Shown in pieces: positions 42,328 to 51,350 of a DNA stretch of 64,000 bases. Within the stretch, counting starts at the first letter, position 1. Each line of letters starts with the position of its first letter. The DNA is from Ignavibacteria bacterium. Its GTDB lineage: Bacteria > Bacteroidota > Ignavibacteria > UBA10030 > SZUA-254. Below the pieces are notes generated by a model that made no database searches, was not told the DNA's origin, and saw only the letters and a program-made list of their open reading frames with translations. The stretch is from NCBI GenBank assembly GCA_031379665.1, contig JANNFI010000046.1:33899-97898 (forward strand). Reading direction: 5' to 3'. The translations under genes and the position numbers were made by a program.

Positions 42328-43407
42328 TCAGAACCCCACCAAGAGGGTAATGACGTGATTCCCCCCAAAAAAATCCGCCGGACGATACGCATAATCAACC
42401 TGAATTATCAGGTTTTGAACGGTTTCGTGGACTCCCACGCCGAACGCCGGACCGAAGATTGATTGGTTTCCTTCTGACTCGGTGGAATAATCGTACCCTC
42501 CCCTGACGAAAAATCGCTCCCGGTACCCGAATTCGGCACCAAATTTGTATTGGTCGTCGGCGAAATTATTATTCCGGAAAAGGGTCGACACCCCGATGTC
42601 GATCGGTTCGCTCAGGTGGTGGAGATATCCCAGGCCCACTTCGATGGTCGACGGCAGGTCGGCCGATGCCGCCTCAACCTTGTAGTTCGTTTCCGGCCGG
42701 TCTGCACTGACGACGACGCCCGTGCGGTCGAGCCCCTCCCCCTCGTAGACGAGTTTCGGTCCGATGTTCCTGATGACCACGCCCACACTCAGGCCTTCAA
42801 TCCCGCCGAGGCGGGCGTACTGCACCCCCCCGGTGAACGCGATGCCGGTCGCGGAGACCTCGGCCATTTTTTCATAGATGAAGTTTGCGGAGATGCCGAC
42901 GGCGATCTGGTCCGACATTCGGCGCGAAAACGTCCCGCCGACGACGAGGAATGTCGGCGAGATCACCTCGCCGGTTCCGTCGGGGAACAGTTCCGTCGTC
43001 ACCGGGATCTCCCCCACCGAGAGCGCCTGGATGGTGACGCCGAGATACGCCCCTCCGGAAAGGCTGGTGCCCGCCGCAAAATAATCGACGCCGATGTCGG
43101 CGAGGTAGGTCATGTGCGAGAACAGGAGTTCCGACGACCGGTCGGTCGTGACGAGGCCCGCCGGATTCCAGGAGATGGCCTCGATCCCCGAGATCGAGGA
43201 AAGGATCGAGCCCCCGAGCGAGATCGAGCGGGCGCCCAGCGGTATGGAGAGCTGCATCGCCGAAGCCGAGCCGACCTTGTCCCCGCGCCCTGCGAGCGTG
43301 GTCGACTGGAAAGCGAGCGACCCCACGATCGACCAAACGAGCATCCAGGCCGCTGCCATCGCCAGCCCGGCGCCGGCCCTTCGGCGGTATCGACAGGTCG
43401 TGGTCAT
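42328..43407 (-). CDS. porV: T9SS outer-membrane channel protein PorV (PorV/PorQ family, FadL-like).
   Basis: N-terminal GARSISLGGSILSSISGIEAISWNPAGL matches the conserved PorV N-terminal motif; about 360 aa, beta-barrel-like; its start overlaps the stop of the upstream large gene, as in known porU-porV operons. Confidence 0.65.
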   Translation of the reverse strand: MTTTCRYRRRAGAGLAMAAAWMLVWSIVGSLAFQSTTLAGRGDKVGSASAMQLSIPLGARSISLGGSILSSISGIEAISWNPAGLVTTDRSSELLFSHMTYLADIGVDYFAAGTSLSGGAYLGVTIQALSVGEIPVTTELFPDGTGEVISPTFLVVGGTFSRRMSDQIAVGISANFIYEKMAEVSATGIAFTGGVQYARLGGIEGLSVGVVIRNIGPKLVYEGEGLDRTGVVVSADRPETNYKVEAASADLPSTIEVGLGYLHHLSEPIDIGVSTLFRNNNFADDQYKFGAEFGYRERFFVRGGYDYSTESEGNQSIFGPAFGVGVHETVQNLIIQVDYAYRPADFFGGNHVITLLVGF

Positions 43408-46400
43408 CGGAGTTGCAGGGTTTGTTGTTCCGGCACGATCATCAGCTTCAACGTCTTTGAGCCGAGGTCGACGCCCGTCTCGTCCTTCATCTCGATGTGC
43501 GCCACGAACAGGCCCCCCCCGACAGGCAACCCGTTGTGGTTGTTCAGGTCCCAGGTCGTGAACTGCGAGGCGTCGTCCTTCTCGATCGTGCGGACCAGGT
43601 CCCCCCCGAGGTTGAAGATTCGGATGACAGCGCGCACCGGTAGATGGCTGAACGTGATGTAGTGCTCGAAGCGGTCCGTCTCAGCCGAGTTGAATCCGTA
43701 GTACGGGTTCGGGAAAACGTTCACCTTCTCGACGGCCTGCCGGGCCGCGCTTACGTCGTTGGTGCTGACCGACGCGGGAGTGAAGACTTTCTCGTCGCCG
43801 TTGCGGACGAGCTTATACCGCTCGAACCTGACGACGGTCCCGGGCGGCGCGGGAACGTCGTCCAGGTCGAGGTCGACGAAGTACACCTTCCATACGGCGT
43901 TCTTGACGGAGTAGGTCCCGCCGTTGACCCAGAGGAACCCCTTCACCCTGGGACCCTCCACCGGCTCCCAGGGGATGTTGTCGTTGTAGGTGCCGGCGAT
44001 GGAACCGGTACCGAGCCTCTGGCTGTCCGATACAATGGTGAGCGGATAGAACTCTTCGAGCGTCTGGCCGTTGTATTCCCTGTCGAGCAGGACGCTCGCC
44101 CTCCAGAGGCTGTCGGAACCACTCCCGGTGATCACCGTGTAGATCTGCCGGAGGATGGTGTCCCCGCTCACCACGCCGGTCTGCCAGGCCGTGAACGGCA
44201 CGCGGGTCCACCGCGAAGAGGGCGCGGTGGGGGCGAGCATCAGCGACCAGCTGGAGTCACCGAACCGGAGCTCCACGTCGACGTCGAGGGGGTTGCCCCC
44301 GAGGATCGTGTCCAGATACGAGGACCCGGCCCCCACCGTCATATAATTGAGTCCGGGGTTCGGCTGGTTGAAGACGGGGCTACGGAGCGAATCGCCCCCC
44401 GAGACCGTTTCGTAGACGCCCTTCAGACCGTAAGGGGGTGAATGACACTCGACCGTGAACCCCCTCTCCACCACCCTGGCCGCGGCGCTGTCCATCGAAA
44501 TGCCCCGCAGCAGCGTATCGCCGGCCGTCGAATCGACCAGGTCCCACCAGGGCTTGGTGAACAGGTCGATCAGCTGGCTGGGGCTCCTGTGGTAGAGGAT
44601 TTTATAAATATGCCCGTCAGGCCGTGTCGGGTCGTAGTACGTGACGTCGACCGTCGCCCCGTTGGTACCAACGATGTCATAGGCATCGGAAACCACCTCG
44701 CCGGCGGAATACGGATATACCACGCCCGGGTTCGGCGAGTGTGGTGTGACCGGGAGGATGACCGGCGCGGAATAGATCCTCTGGTCGAAGAAGGCGACGT
44801 TTGGGTTGAAGGCGCGCGAACGGAGCGCGAAGTAATATTTCTGCCCGTTGACCAGGGGCCGGTCCCTGACGTAATCGTGGGTGATGTCGAGGAACCGCGG
44901 CCAGAGGACGTTGAACGCCGGGAGCGGCACCCAATCCTCGAAAGGCGAGTCGGCCAGGGGAAGCTGGAAGAGTTCGAAGTTCTCGAAACGGAACCCTCTT
45001 GAGGAGTACGATTCGACGGCGGCGAGCGCCGCGGCGTCCGATTCCCAGTCCAGTATGATTTTATCGTCGAGCTCGATCGGCCGCACCGTCGGCGATGGGA
45101 TGGTGGCCGGCGCGGTGAAATTGACGAGGAAGAGGTCCCTCGCGGCACCGACGCTCTCACGGACCCGGGGAATCCCCGAACGATTATCGGTCCCCACCCC
45201 CCCGCCGAGGGCGAACACTACCTCCTGCGTATCCCCTCGCGCGAGCGAGAACGGGCTGGTGGAGAGGAGGAGCCGCCTGTCCCCCTTGGGGATCTCCGTC
45301 CCGTCGACCCAGCCGGCGAAGGTTTCCGGATCCCCGGTCAGCTCGAACTTCGTGCACGACTGCGTCAGCGGATCGATGAAACACTCGGGGAATTCGGAGA
45401 AGACCCCCTCATACCCGTTCATCAGGTACCACATCGTGATGAGTCCCCGAAAATCGCCGAGTCTGGCATCACCGTTCCTCACATCCCCGTCGAGGTAGGT
45501 AAACGAGCCCACCGGCTGGTTCGCATACCCGTCGACCATTCCGCCGTCCCAGTACGCCGTCGATCCGGGGCTCTCCACCCTGGGACCCTGGAGGAGACCG
45601 TATCCGACCACGGAAGGCACCGTCCCGACCTTGTCGAACTCGAAGTCCGACACTTCAGCGTTATACGCGTAGCCGAGCTGGTGAGGGGCATCGTAACCGG
45701 CGTAGTCGTCTGAATAGTTGCCGATGTCGGCGTCGACCCACTTCGAAATCACCATCGCGTCGATTCGCGCGTTCGCCGGGGTCCGCGCGTTCCCCTTGTA
45801 GATGAGCCGGTATTTCTGATAGACGACGTCACCAAGTCTCCCCGGACGGTTGTACGCCCAGCAGGTGACCTGCATCTCGAGGCCGATCGGGAGGGATCCG
45901 TACAGGTTCCGGACGGCCGCGCTGTCTAGGTCGTTGGCGACGAACCAGAGGACCTGGTCGGCGCCGGCGAGTCCCGGTTCGTCGCTGACGGAGTCGTTCA
46001 GCGCGCCGGGGTTCGGCTGATAGCCGGGCGTCCCGTTCCGTTCGTAGTACGGCGCGCCCTTGTCCCAGGGCCATTCGAGCCAGTCCCGCTTGTACTGATC
46101 GCGCAGCCTCGCCAGGTCGGCGTCTGTGACCAGGACGTCGGGGATGCCGTAGGTGTCCGACGCGTCGCGGCGGAGGTCTCCGGTCGCCCAGTCGGAACGG
46201 ATCCTGAAAATCCTCACGTCGGGACTCGAGGGGTTCTCCCTCACACCCGGCTGGACGATCCGTCCCGGGACGGTCGCGGACTGAAACGATTGCCCGCCGA
46301 TCCTGAGAAACTCCTCCTCGCCGTCGTTGACGAAACCACCCCAGAGAATCCCCTCCCTCGACACCACTGTCGAGCTCCCCCGAGGGAAGACGACGCCGGG

Positions 46401-46634
46401 CCCGTCCTTCGCCGGGTTGTAACCGATGACGCCGTTCGAATTCGCCCACATCGTCATCCGGTTGATCGTCAGGGCGGCGGAGGTCGGGGCGCCGGACGCC
46501 GCTTTCGCGGGCGTAGACGTCGGCGCGCCGACTGGTCGCGCGGAAGCGCCGACCGGTTGCGCCGGAGCCCCGCAGTACGCCAGGACGACGAGCAGGATGA
46601 GGGACACCCTCCGTAAGGCCGATTTCGGAATCAT
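43404..46634 (-). CDS. Large secreted protein, candidate PorU-like T9SS component (C-terminal-signal peptidase position).
   Basis: About 1077 aa from the internal Met with a good signal peptide (MIPKSALRRVSLILLVVLAYCGAPAQ); divergent CTD-like C-terminus (VFPNPYYG...VIRIFNLGGDLV); translationally coupled to porV. The catalytic C25-like domain was not verified. Confidence 0.4.
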   Translation of the reverse strand: MIPKSALRRVSLILLVVLAYCGAPAQPVGASARPVGAPTSTPAKAASGAPTSAALTINRMTMWANSNGVIGYNPAKDGPGVVFPRGSSTVVSREGILWGGFVNDGEEEFLRIGGQSFQSATVPGRIVQPGVRENPSSPDVRIFRIRSDWATGDLRRDASDTYGIPDVLVTDADLARLRDQYKRDWLEWPWDKGAPYYERNGTPGYQPNPGALNDSVSDEPGLAGADQVLWFVANDLDSAAVRNLYGSLPIGLEMQVTCWAYNRPGRLGDVVYQKYRLIYKGNARTPANARIDAMVISKWVDADIGNYSDDYAGYDAPHQLGYAYNAEVSDFEFDKVGTVPSVVGYGLLQGPRVESPGSTAYWDGGMVDGYANQPVGSFTYLDGDVRNGDARLGDFRGLITMWYLMNGYEGVFSEFPECFIDPLTQSCTKFELTGDPETFAGWVDGTEIPKGDRRLLLSTSPFSLARGDTQEVVFALGGGVGTDNRSGIPRVRESVGAARDLFLVNFTAPATIPSPTVRPIELDDKIILDWESDAAALAAVESYSSRGFRFENFELFQLPLADSPFEDWVPLPAFNVLWPRFLDITHDYVRDRPLVNGQKYYFALRSRAFNPNVAFFDQRIYSAPVILPVTPHSPNPGVVYPYSAGEVVSDAYDIVGTNGATVDVTYYDPTRPDGHIYKILYHRSPSQLIDLFTKPWWDLVDSTAGDTLLRGISMDSAAARVVERGFTVECHSPPYGLKGVYETVSGGDSLRSPVFNQPNPGLNYMTVGAGSSYLDTILGGNPLDVDVELRFGDSSWSLMLAPTAPSSRWTRVPFTAWQTGVVSGDTILRQIYTVITGSGSDSLWRASVLLDREYNGQTLEEFYPLTIVSDSQRLGTGSIAGTYNDNIPWEPVEGPRVKGFLWVNGGTYSVKNAVWKVYFVDLDLDDVPAPPGTVVRFERYKLVRNGDEKVFTPASVSTNDVSAARQAVEKVNVFPNPYYGFNSAETDRFEHYITFSHLPVRAVIRIFNLGGDLVRTIEKDDASQFTTWDLNNHNGLPVGGGLFVAHIEMKDETGVDLGSKTLKLMIVPEQQTLQLR

Positions 46635-46727
46635 TTGCAGCGGGACCGTACCGACGATGAGTAGTGCAAGGGGAGAAACGTTGTACAATGTACGGAAAAC
46701 GGGGACTGATTTCAAGCGTTCAGGGCA

Positions 46728-46760
46728 GGGTTGAATAAAGGGTTGAATAAAGGGTTGAGC
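46728..46760. repeat. Tandem 12-bp direct repeat GGGTTGAATAAA x2.6 in the upstream region of the PorU-like gene.
   Basis: Directly visible: gggttgaataaagggttgaataaagggttgagc. Confidence 0.6.
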
Positions 46761-46808
46761 ACGAGCGGCGCAGAGGGTCGAAGCGTCGGGGGGGGCGGTG
46801 GTCGAACG

Positions 46809-49800
46809 CTATTTCAGGAGCAGCATCTTTCGCGTTTCGATGAACGATCCCCGGCCGCCGGTTTCCAGCCCGGATGAAGTCGCGGCCATCCGGACATAGT
46901 ACGCGCCGCTCGGCATTGGGGACCCGGACGAATTCTGGCCGTCCCAGGTGACGGAATAGACGCCCGGGGAATAATCGCCATCGGCAAGAACAGCAACTTC
47001 CCTGCCGAGAAGGTCGTAGACTGTGACCCGGACCCTCGAGTCGGTTTCGGCCGAGAAGGCGATCTGCGTCGTCGGATTGAACGGGTTGGGGTAATTCTGC
47101 GAAAGCTGGTAGCCGGTCGGGGTCGACGGCCGGGGCGGCTGTACGTCATTGATGAGCGGGTACGCGCCGTACCGGATCAGGAGCACGCTCGTGACGCTCG
47201 AATTGGCAACCGAGACGGTGCCGGTCTGGTCCATCCGCGCATACACCGATGATCCGCCGAATTCGTCCCTGACGATCATGCTATCGCAGACCGAGGTGAT
47301 GAAATTCCTCTCCCACGAGAGTACGATCGGATAGCTCCCGGTCCCCGGCTGGAACCGTACGCGGTACGTATCAACCTGGGAATAGGTCACGAACGGGAGC
47401 AGGTTGACCCTGAGCCCCTCGCCGAGGTCGCACGAAGGCCCGCCGGGAGAAACGAATCGGGCGTCGAATGTGCCGGGGAATGGCGGGGGCGGCAGTTCGA
47501 ACTCTCCGAGCCATGCTTCGATTCCGCACGATGCGTCGGGATGGAGGCCGAGGTAGACCGTGTCCCTGGCCTGGCCGGTCTCACGGATCGCGAGCGGCAT
47601 CAGCCAGTTGGCAACCCCAATGAAGGTCGTCCTGAAGTTGAAGATCGGCGACCACGAACCCGTCCCCACTGAATTCTTCCCCTGGACGCGCCAGAAATAC
47701 CGTATGTGGCTCTGCAACGGGCCGGTCTGCCAGCTTGTATTCACGATGTTCGAATCGTCCGAGAAGATGCTCGTGAACGCGGAGTCCCGCGCGACCTGGA
47801 GCCGGTACGACACGGCGTTTTCCGGTACGCTCCAAGAAAAGACCGGCGCCGATGTGACCCCCTCGGCATTGTACAATGGTGAAATCAGCGTCGGTGCGGC
47901 CGGCGGAGAGAGCGTGGTGAATCGGTAGAAATTCGAATACGGACTGGTACCGGCGGAATTGTTCGCGCTCACCCTCCAGTAGTAGGTGGTGCTGTTGAGT
48001 AAAAAGGTAAATGTCTTGCAGCGGTTCGACCCCGACGACGTGTCGTTGTAGGTGAGGGTCGAAAAATTGGAATCGATGGCGACCTGAAGGCGGTACGACG
48101 TAGCCCTTGCGGCCGAATCCCAGCACAGGTTGACCGGAAGCGGCAGGCTCCCCGAGCCGTTGGCCGGTGAGGCCAGCAGGGGCGCCGACGGTGTCGTAAG
48201 CGCCGTCGTCCTGAACCTGAAGTAGGCCGAGGGCGTCCCCTGCCCGAGATTATTCACCCCGCGGACCCTCCAGAAGTGGTCGGTGTTCCCGTCGAGGGGA
48301 CCGACAAGCAGCGAGGTTGCGCCCACCGTCTGGTCTGTGACGATCAATGTAAAGAGTGAATCCCTCGCCAGTTCGAGGCGGTACTGGAACGCGCAGGCTT
48401 CGCCCTGCCAGCTCAGCGTGGTGATTTCGTCAACGTTCAGCGTGCCGTTGGCCGGAAGAAGAAGTCCCGGGGCCGAGGAAAGGGCCCGGACGACGCGGAA
48501 GTTCCTCGAGGCATAGGGCCCTGCGCCGGTGCCGTTCTTTGCCCGGACGCGCCAGTAATACGTCCGGCAGTTCTCGAGCGGGAGTGTCACGAAGGTTGTA
48601 TCGGTGATGGTATCGTCGCTCACGAGCGATGCGAACACGGCGTCGGTGGCGACCTGGACCTGGTAGGAATCGACCTGTGTTGCGCTCAACCACCGTAGCG
48701 GCGCGGACGGGGGCACCGCGGTATCGCCGGGCGCCGGCGCGAGGATTGACGGGGCAGCGGGTGCATTGAGGAGCGTCGTGAACCTCCTGGCCGGACCGTA
48801 GGCGCCGGTGTCGGTCCCCTGGTTCTTCGCCCGCACCCTCCAGAAATAGATCGTGAGCTCCTGGAGCGGACCGACCGAGCGGGACAAGGTCGTGAGGTTG
48901 TCGAAAACGAGCGGCGATGAGAAGAGCGAATCGGCAGAAACTTCCAGCTTGTACGTTTTTGAACAACTGTCGGCGCCGCTCCAGGAGAGCGTCAGGGTGG
49001 TCGGCTGTGCGGCCGCGTTGTCGGCCGGGGAGACCGGCGCCGGAGCGCCGGGGGCGGCAAGGGCGACGGTGAACGAGCGGACCAGCGACCAAGGGCTGCT
49101 GCCCGTGGCGTTCTTCGCACGCACCCTCCAGTACCGGGTCACGCAATTCGGGAACGGACCCACCGCCTGGGATGTGAGCGTGATTGTCGAGTCGACGAAC
49201 ACGAGCTGTGTGAAATTCTGGTTGGGCGAGACCTCGAGCCGGTAACTCGTCGCGGTCGCGGCCGCGTTCCAGCTGAGTGTCGGCGAGACGGCGACGCCCG
49301 AGGCCCCGTTCGCCGGCGCGGCGAGCGTCGGCGCCGGGGGGCCGGTCGTAATGGTCTGGAATGAGGCCGTCGACGAGAAGCAACCGGTCAGGAACGGATG
49401 CACCGCGCTTACCCTCCAGTAAATCGTATCGTTGGGCCCGACCGTGAAGGCCCGGGTCGTAGTCGAGAGAGTATCCCTGAGGACGAACGTCGCGAACGTG
49501 GGGACCGTCGAGACATGGAGGATATATTCCGTAGCGTTGGCCACCGGCGGCCACGTGAAAGTCACGTTCGTGTCGACGTCGATCGCGCCGCTCGCGGGGG
49601 TGGTGGTCGTCGGCACGCCCGGGTAGCTCTGCGCCTTCGGGTGATAGAGGAAGATATAGAGGGAATTGAACGAGGTGTTCGTCAGCACGAAAGAGTCAAC
49701 CGCCAGCATATTGACGCTGACGCCGCCGAACTGCGGCGGCAGGCCGATCGGGTCGCGCAGCCTGATGCTGTCGGCGAACACAGACAACCCCTGGGGCCAG

Positions 49801-50207
49801 CGAAACTTGAACGGGTACCCCCCCGCCCCGGGCTGGAACTGGATCTTGAACGTGTCGACATCGGACCCTCCGGTGAAACCGGTGATGTTCTCAGCCATCC
49901 CCACGCCCAGGCACGCGCCCGTGTTCCTGACTTCGACGAAACGTGCGTCGAACACCCCGCCCGGCGGAATCGGGGGAAGCTCCGACTCCACGATCGTGTC
50001 GCAGTTCCCGAATTTCAGTGTGACGCCGTCGATGCAGTAGGAGGCCTGCGGGTGAACGCCAAAGATCAGCGTGTCGCGCTTGACCGTGTTGTCACTGACG
50101 TAGAAGGGAATCCTGAACTGCGTCTGGGAAACAAGGGAGCCGACCGCGGAAAGCAGCACAATGAGGATGGAGACCGCCGCCCGATATGTCGATGGTCGTG
50201 GTAGCAT
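46809..50207 (-). CDS. Secreted protein with about 9 tandem Fn3-like repeats (PxxPxLxxPANG...SYRLxV...YYWRVRAKN) and T9SS C-terminal domain (1132 aa).
   Basis: Repeated ~90-aa units each ending in YYWRV(R/S)AxN; two ELPPxPPxGxFDARF modules; C-terminal LSQNYPNPFNPTTQIAF...VTVYDLLGREV. Confidence 0.7.
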   Translation of the reverse strand: MLPRPSTYRAAVSILIVLLSAVGSLVSQTQFRIPFYVSDNTVKRDTLIFGVHPQASYCIDGVTLKFGNCDTIVESELPPIPPGGVFDARFVEVRNTGACLGVGMAENITGFTGGSDVDTFKIQFQPGAGGYPFKFRWPQGLSVFADSIRLRDPIGLPPQFGGVSVNMLAVDSFVLTNTSFNSLYIFLYHPKAQSYPGVPTTTTPASGAIDVDTNVTFTWPPVANATEYILHVSTVPTFATFVLRDTLSTTTRAFTVGPNDTIYWRVSAVHPFLTGCFSSTASFQTITTGPPAPTLAAPANGASGVAVSPTLSWNAAATATSYRLEVSPNQNFTQLVFVDSTITLTSQAVGPFPNCVTRYWRVRAKNATGSSPWSLVRSFTVALAAPGAPAPVSPADNAAAQPTTLTLSWSGADSCSKTYKLEVSADSLFSSPLVFDNLTTLSRSVGPLQELTIYFWRVRAKNQGTDTGAYGPARRFTTLLNAPAAPSILAPAPGDTAVPPSAPLRWLSATQVDSYQVQVATDAVFASLVSDDTITDTTFVTLPLENCRTYYWRVRAKNGTGAGPYASRNFRVVRALSSAPGLLLPANGTLNVDEITTLSWQGEACAFQYRLELARDSLFTLIVTDQTVGATSLLVGPLDGNTDHFWRVRGVNNLGQGTPSAYFRFRTTALTTPSAPLLASPANGSGSLPLPVNLCWDSAARATSYRLQVAIDSNFSTLTYNDTSSGSNRCKTFTFLLNSTTYYWRVSANNSAGTSPYSNFYRFTTLSPPAAPTLISPLYNAEGVTSAPVFSWSVPENAVSYRLQVARDSAFTSIFSDDSNIVNTSWQTGPLQSHIRYFWRVQGKNSVGTGSWSPIFNFRTTFIGVANWLMPLAIRETGQARDTVYLGLHPDASCGIEAWLGEFELPPPPFPGTFDARFVSPGGPSCDLGEGLRVNLLPFVTYSQVDTYRVRFQPGTGSYPIVLSWERNFITSVCDSMIVRDEFGGSSVYARMDQTGTVSVANSSVTSVLLIRYGAYPLINDVQPPRPSTPTGYQLSQNYPNPFNPTTQIAFSAETDSRVRVTVYDLLGREVAVLADGDYSPGVYSVTWDGQNSSGSPMPSGAYYVRMAATSSGLETGGRGSFIETRKMLLLK

Positions 50208-50285
50208 ACCTGAGAGTAAGGAAATGCGGAAGCTCTCCGTGGGGAGAACTTCCGCATCTCGGAATTAATCCGGGTAGAATGAGTA

Positions 50286-51176
50286 TTACTTGAGGAGCAG
50301 GAGCTTGCGCAGCCCGCTGAACCCGGCGTCGTCGCCGGTCGCGACCATCCGGACGAAGTAGACGCCCGTCGTGACGCTCTGGCCATTGTCGTCGGTGCCG
50401 TTCCAGGTCGTGGTGTAGAAACCCGGTGTCATTGTTTCCGCGGCGAGAGTCTTCACCCTCTGCCCGATGACGTTGTACACCGCCACATCCGTGAACGCCG
50501 TCTTCTCAACCGCGAACCTGATGGTGGTCGAAGGATTGAAGGGATTGGGATAATTCTGCTGGAGTTCGAATTGCTCGGGAATCAGCTCGCCTTCGCGGTC
50601 GATTTCGAGAAGGCCCGCACCCTTGGAGCGTCCGATGATGATCAGCGACGTGAACGCCGAATTAGTGACGATGAGCTGCGTATCGACCAACATGTTGACT
50701 CTGAAGCCGAACGGCGGACCCGCGCCAAACGGGTCTTCGATCTTCAGGCTGTCCCAGTCGGATGCGATCCACGCGGCCCAGGTCCCCCACGAGAAGGTGA
50801 ACGGGTATCCGCCGTCGCTCGGCTGGAATTCCATTTTGAAGGTGTCGAGTTTGGCGACTTCCTGAATGTGGAGCCGCTGGCCGGTGCCGAGGCACGGACC
50901 GCTGGTGCGATGGTCCGTGAAACGGAAGTCGAAGACGCCTGTCGGCGGCTTGGGAGGAAGTTCCTCTTCGAAATATCCGCCGGGCGAGAGCGTCGCGTCC
51001 TTGCAATATGTTGCGTTGATGTGAACCCCGAACGTGTCCGTGCCGACACCTATGCCGTTGTCACGGGCTGTGATCGGCACGACGCCGTAATCATTCTGCG
51101 CGAATGAGCTGGAGACCGCGAGGGCCAGAACCGCGAGCGCCACAACAAGGGTGAGCCGAAATGTTTGCAGGTTCAT
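50286..51176 (-). CDS. Small secreted protein with ELPPKPPTGVFDFRF module and T9SS C-terminal domain.
   Basis: Signal peptide from Met at 51176; C-terminal LQQNYPNPFNPSTTIRF...VAVYNVIGQRV. Confidence 0.65.
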   Translation of the reverse strand: MNLQTFRLTLVVALAVLALAVSSSFAQNDYGVVPITARDNGIGVGTDTFGVHINATYCKDATLSPGGYFEEELPPKPPTGVFDFRFTDHRTSGPCLGTGQRLHIQEVAKLDTFKMEFQPSDGGYPFTFSWGTWAAWIASDWDSLKIEDPFGAGPPFGFRVNMLVDTQLIVTNSAFTSLIIIGRSKGAGLLEIDREGELIPEQFELQQNYPNPFNPSTTIRFAVEKTAFTDVAVYNVIGQRVKTLAAETMTPGFYTTTWNGTDDNGQSVTTGVYFVRMVATGDDAGFSGLRKLLLLK

Positions 51177-51292
51177 CTGATGTAGCCTTCCTCTGATAAG
51201 TGTAAAATTGTCCGGTGATTTAGTGTCAGGTGCCTCGCACCGACCGCCAAGGGGAATATACAAACTGATTTTGTCTAATTCAACAGATCAAT

Positions 51293-51335
51293 CGGGTAAA
51301 AACAGTTCCTCCGCATCCCGCTAAGGATGCGGAGG
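51293..51335 (-). terminator. Rho-independent terminator downstream of the 51351-56741 gene.
   Basis: Perfect 11-bp stem CCTCCGCATCC/GGATGCGGAGG with a 6-nt loop, followed on the minus strand by a T-run. Confidence 0.55.
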
Positions 51336-51350
51336 AAAGGAGCCTGACTC

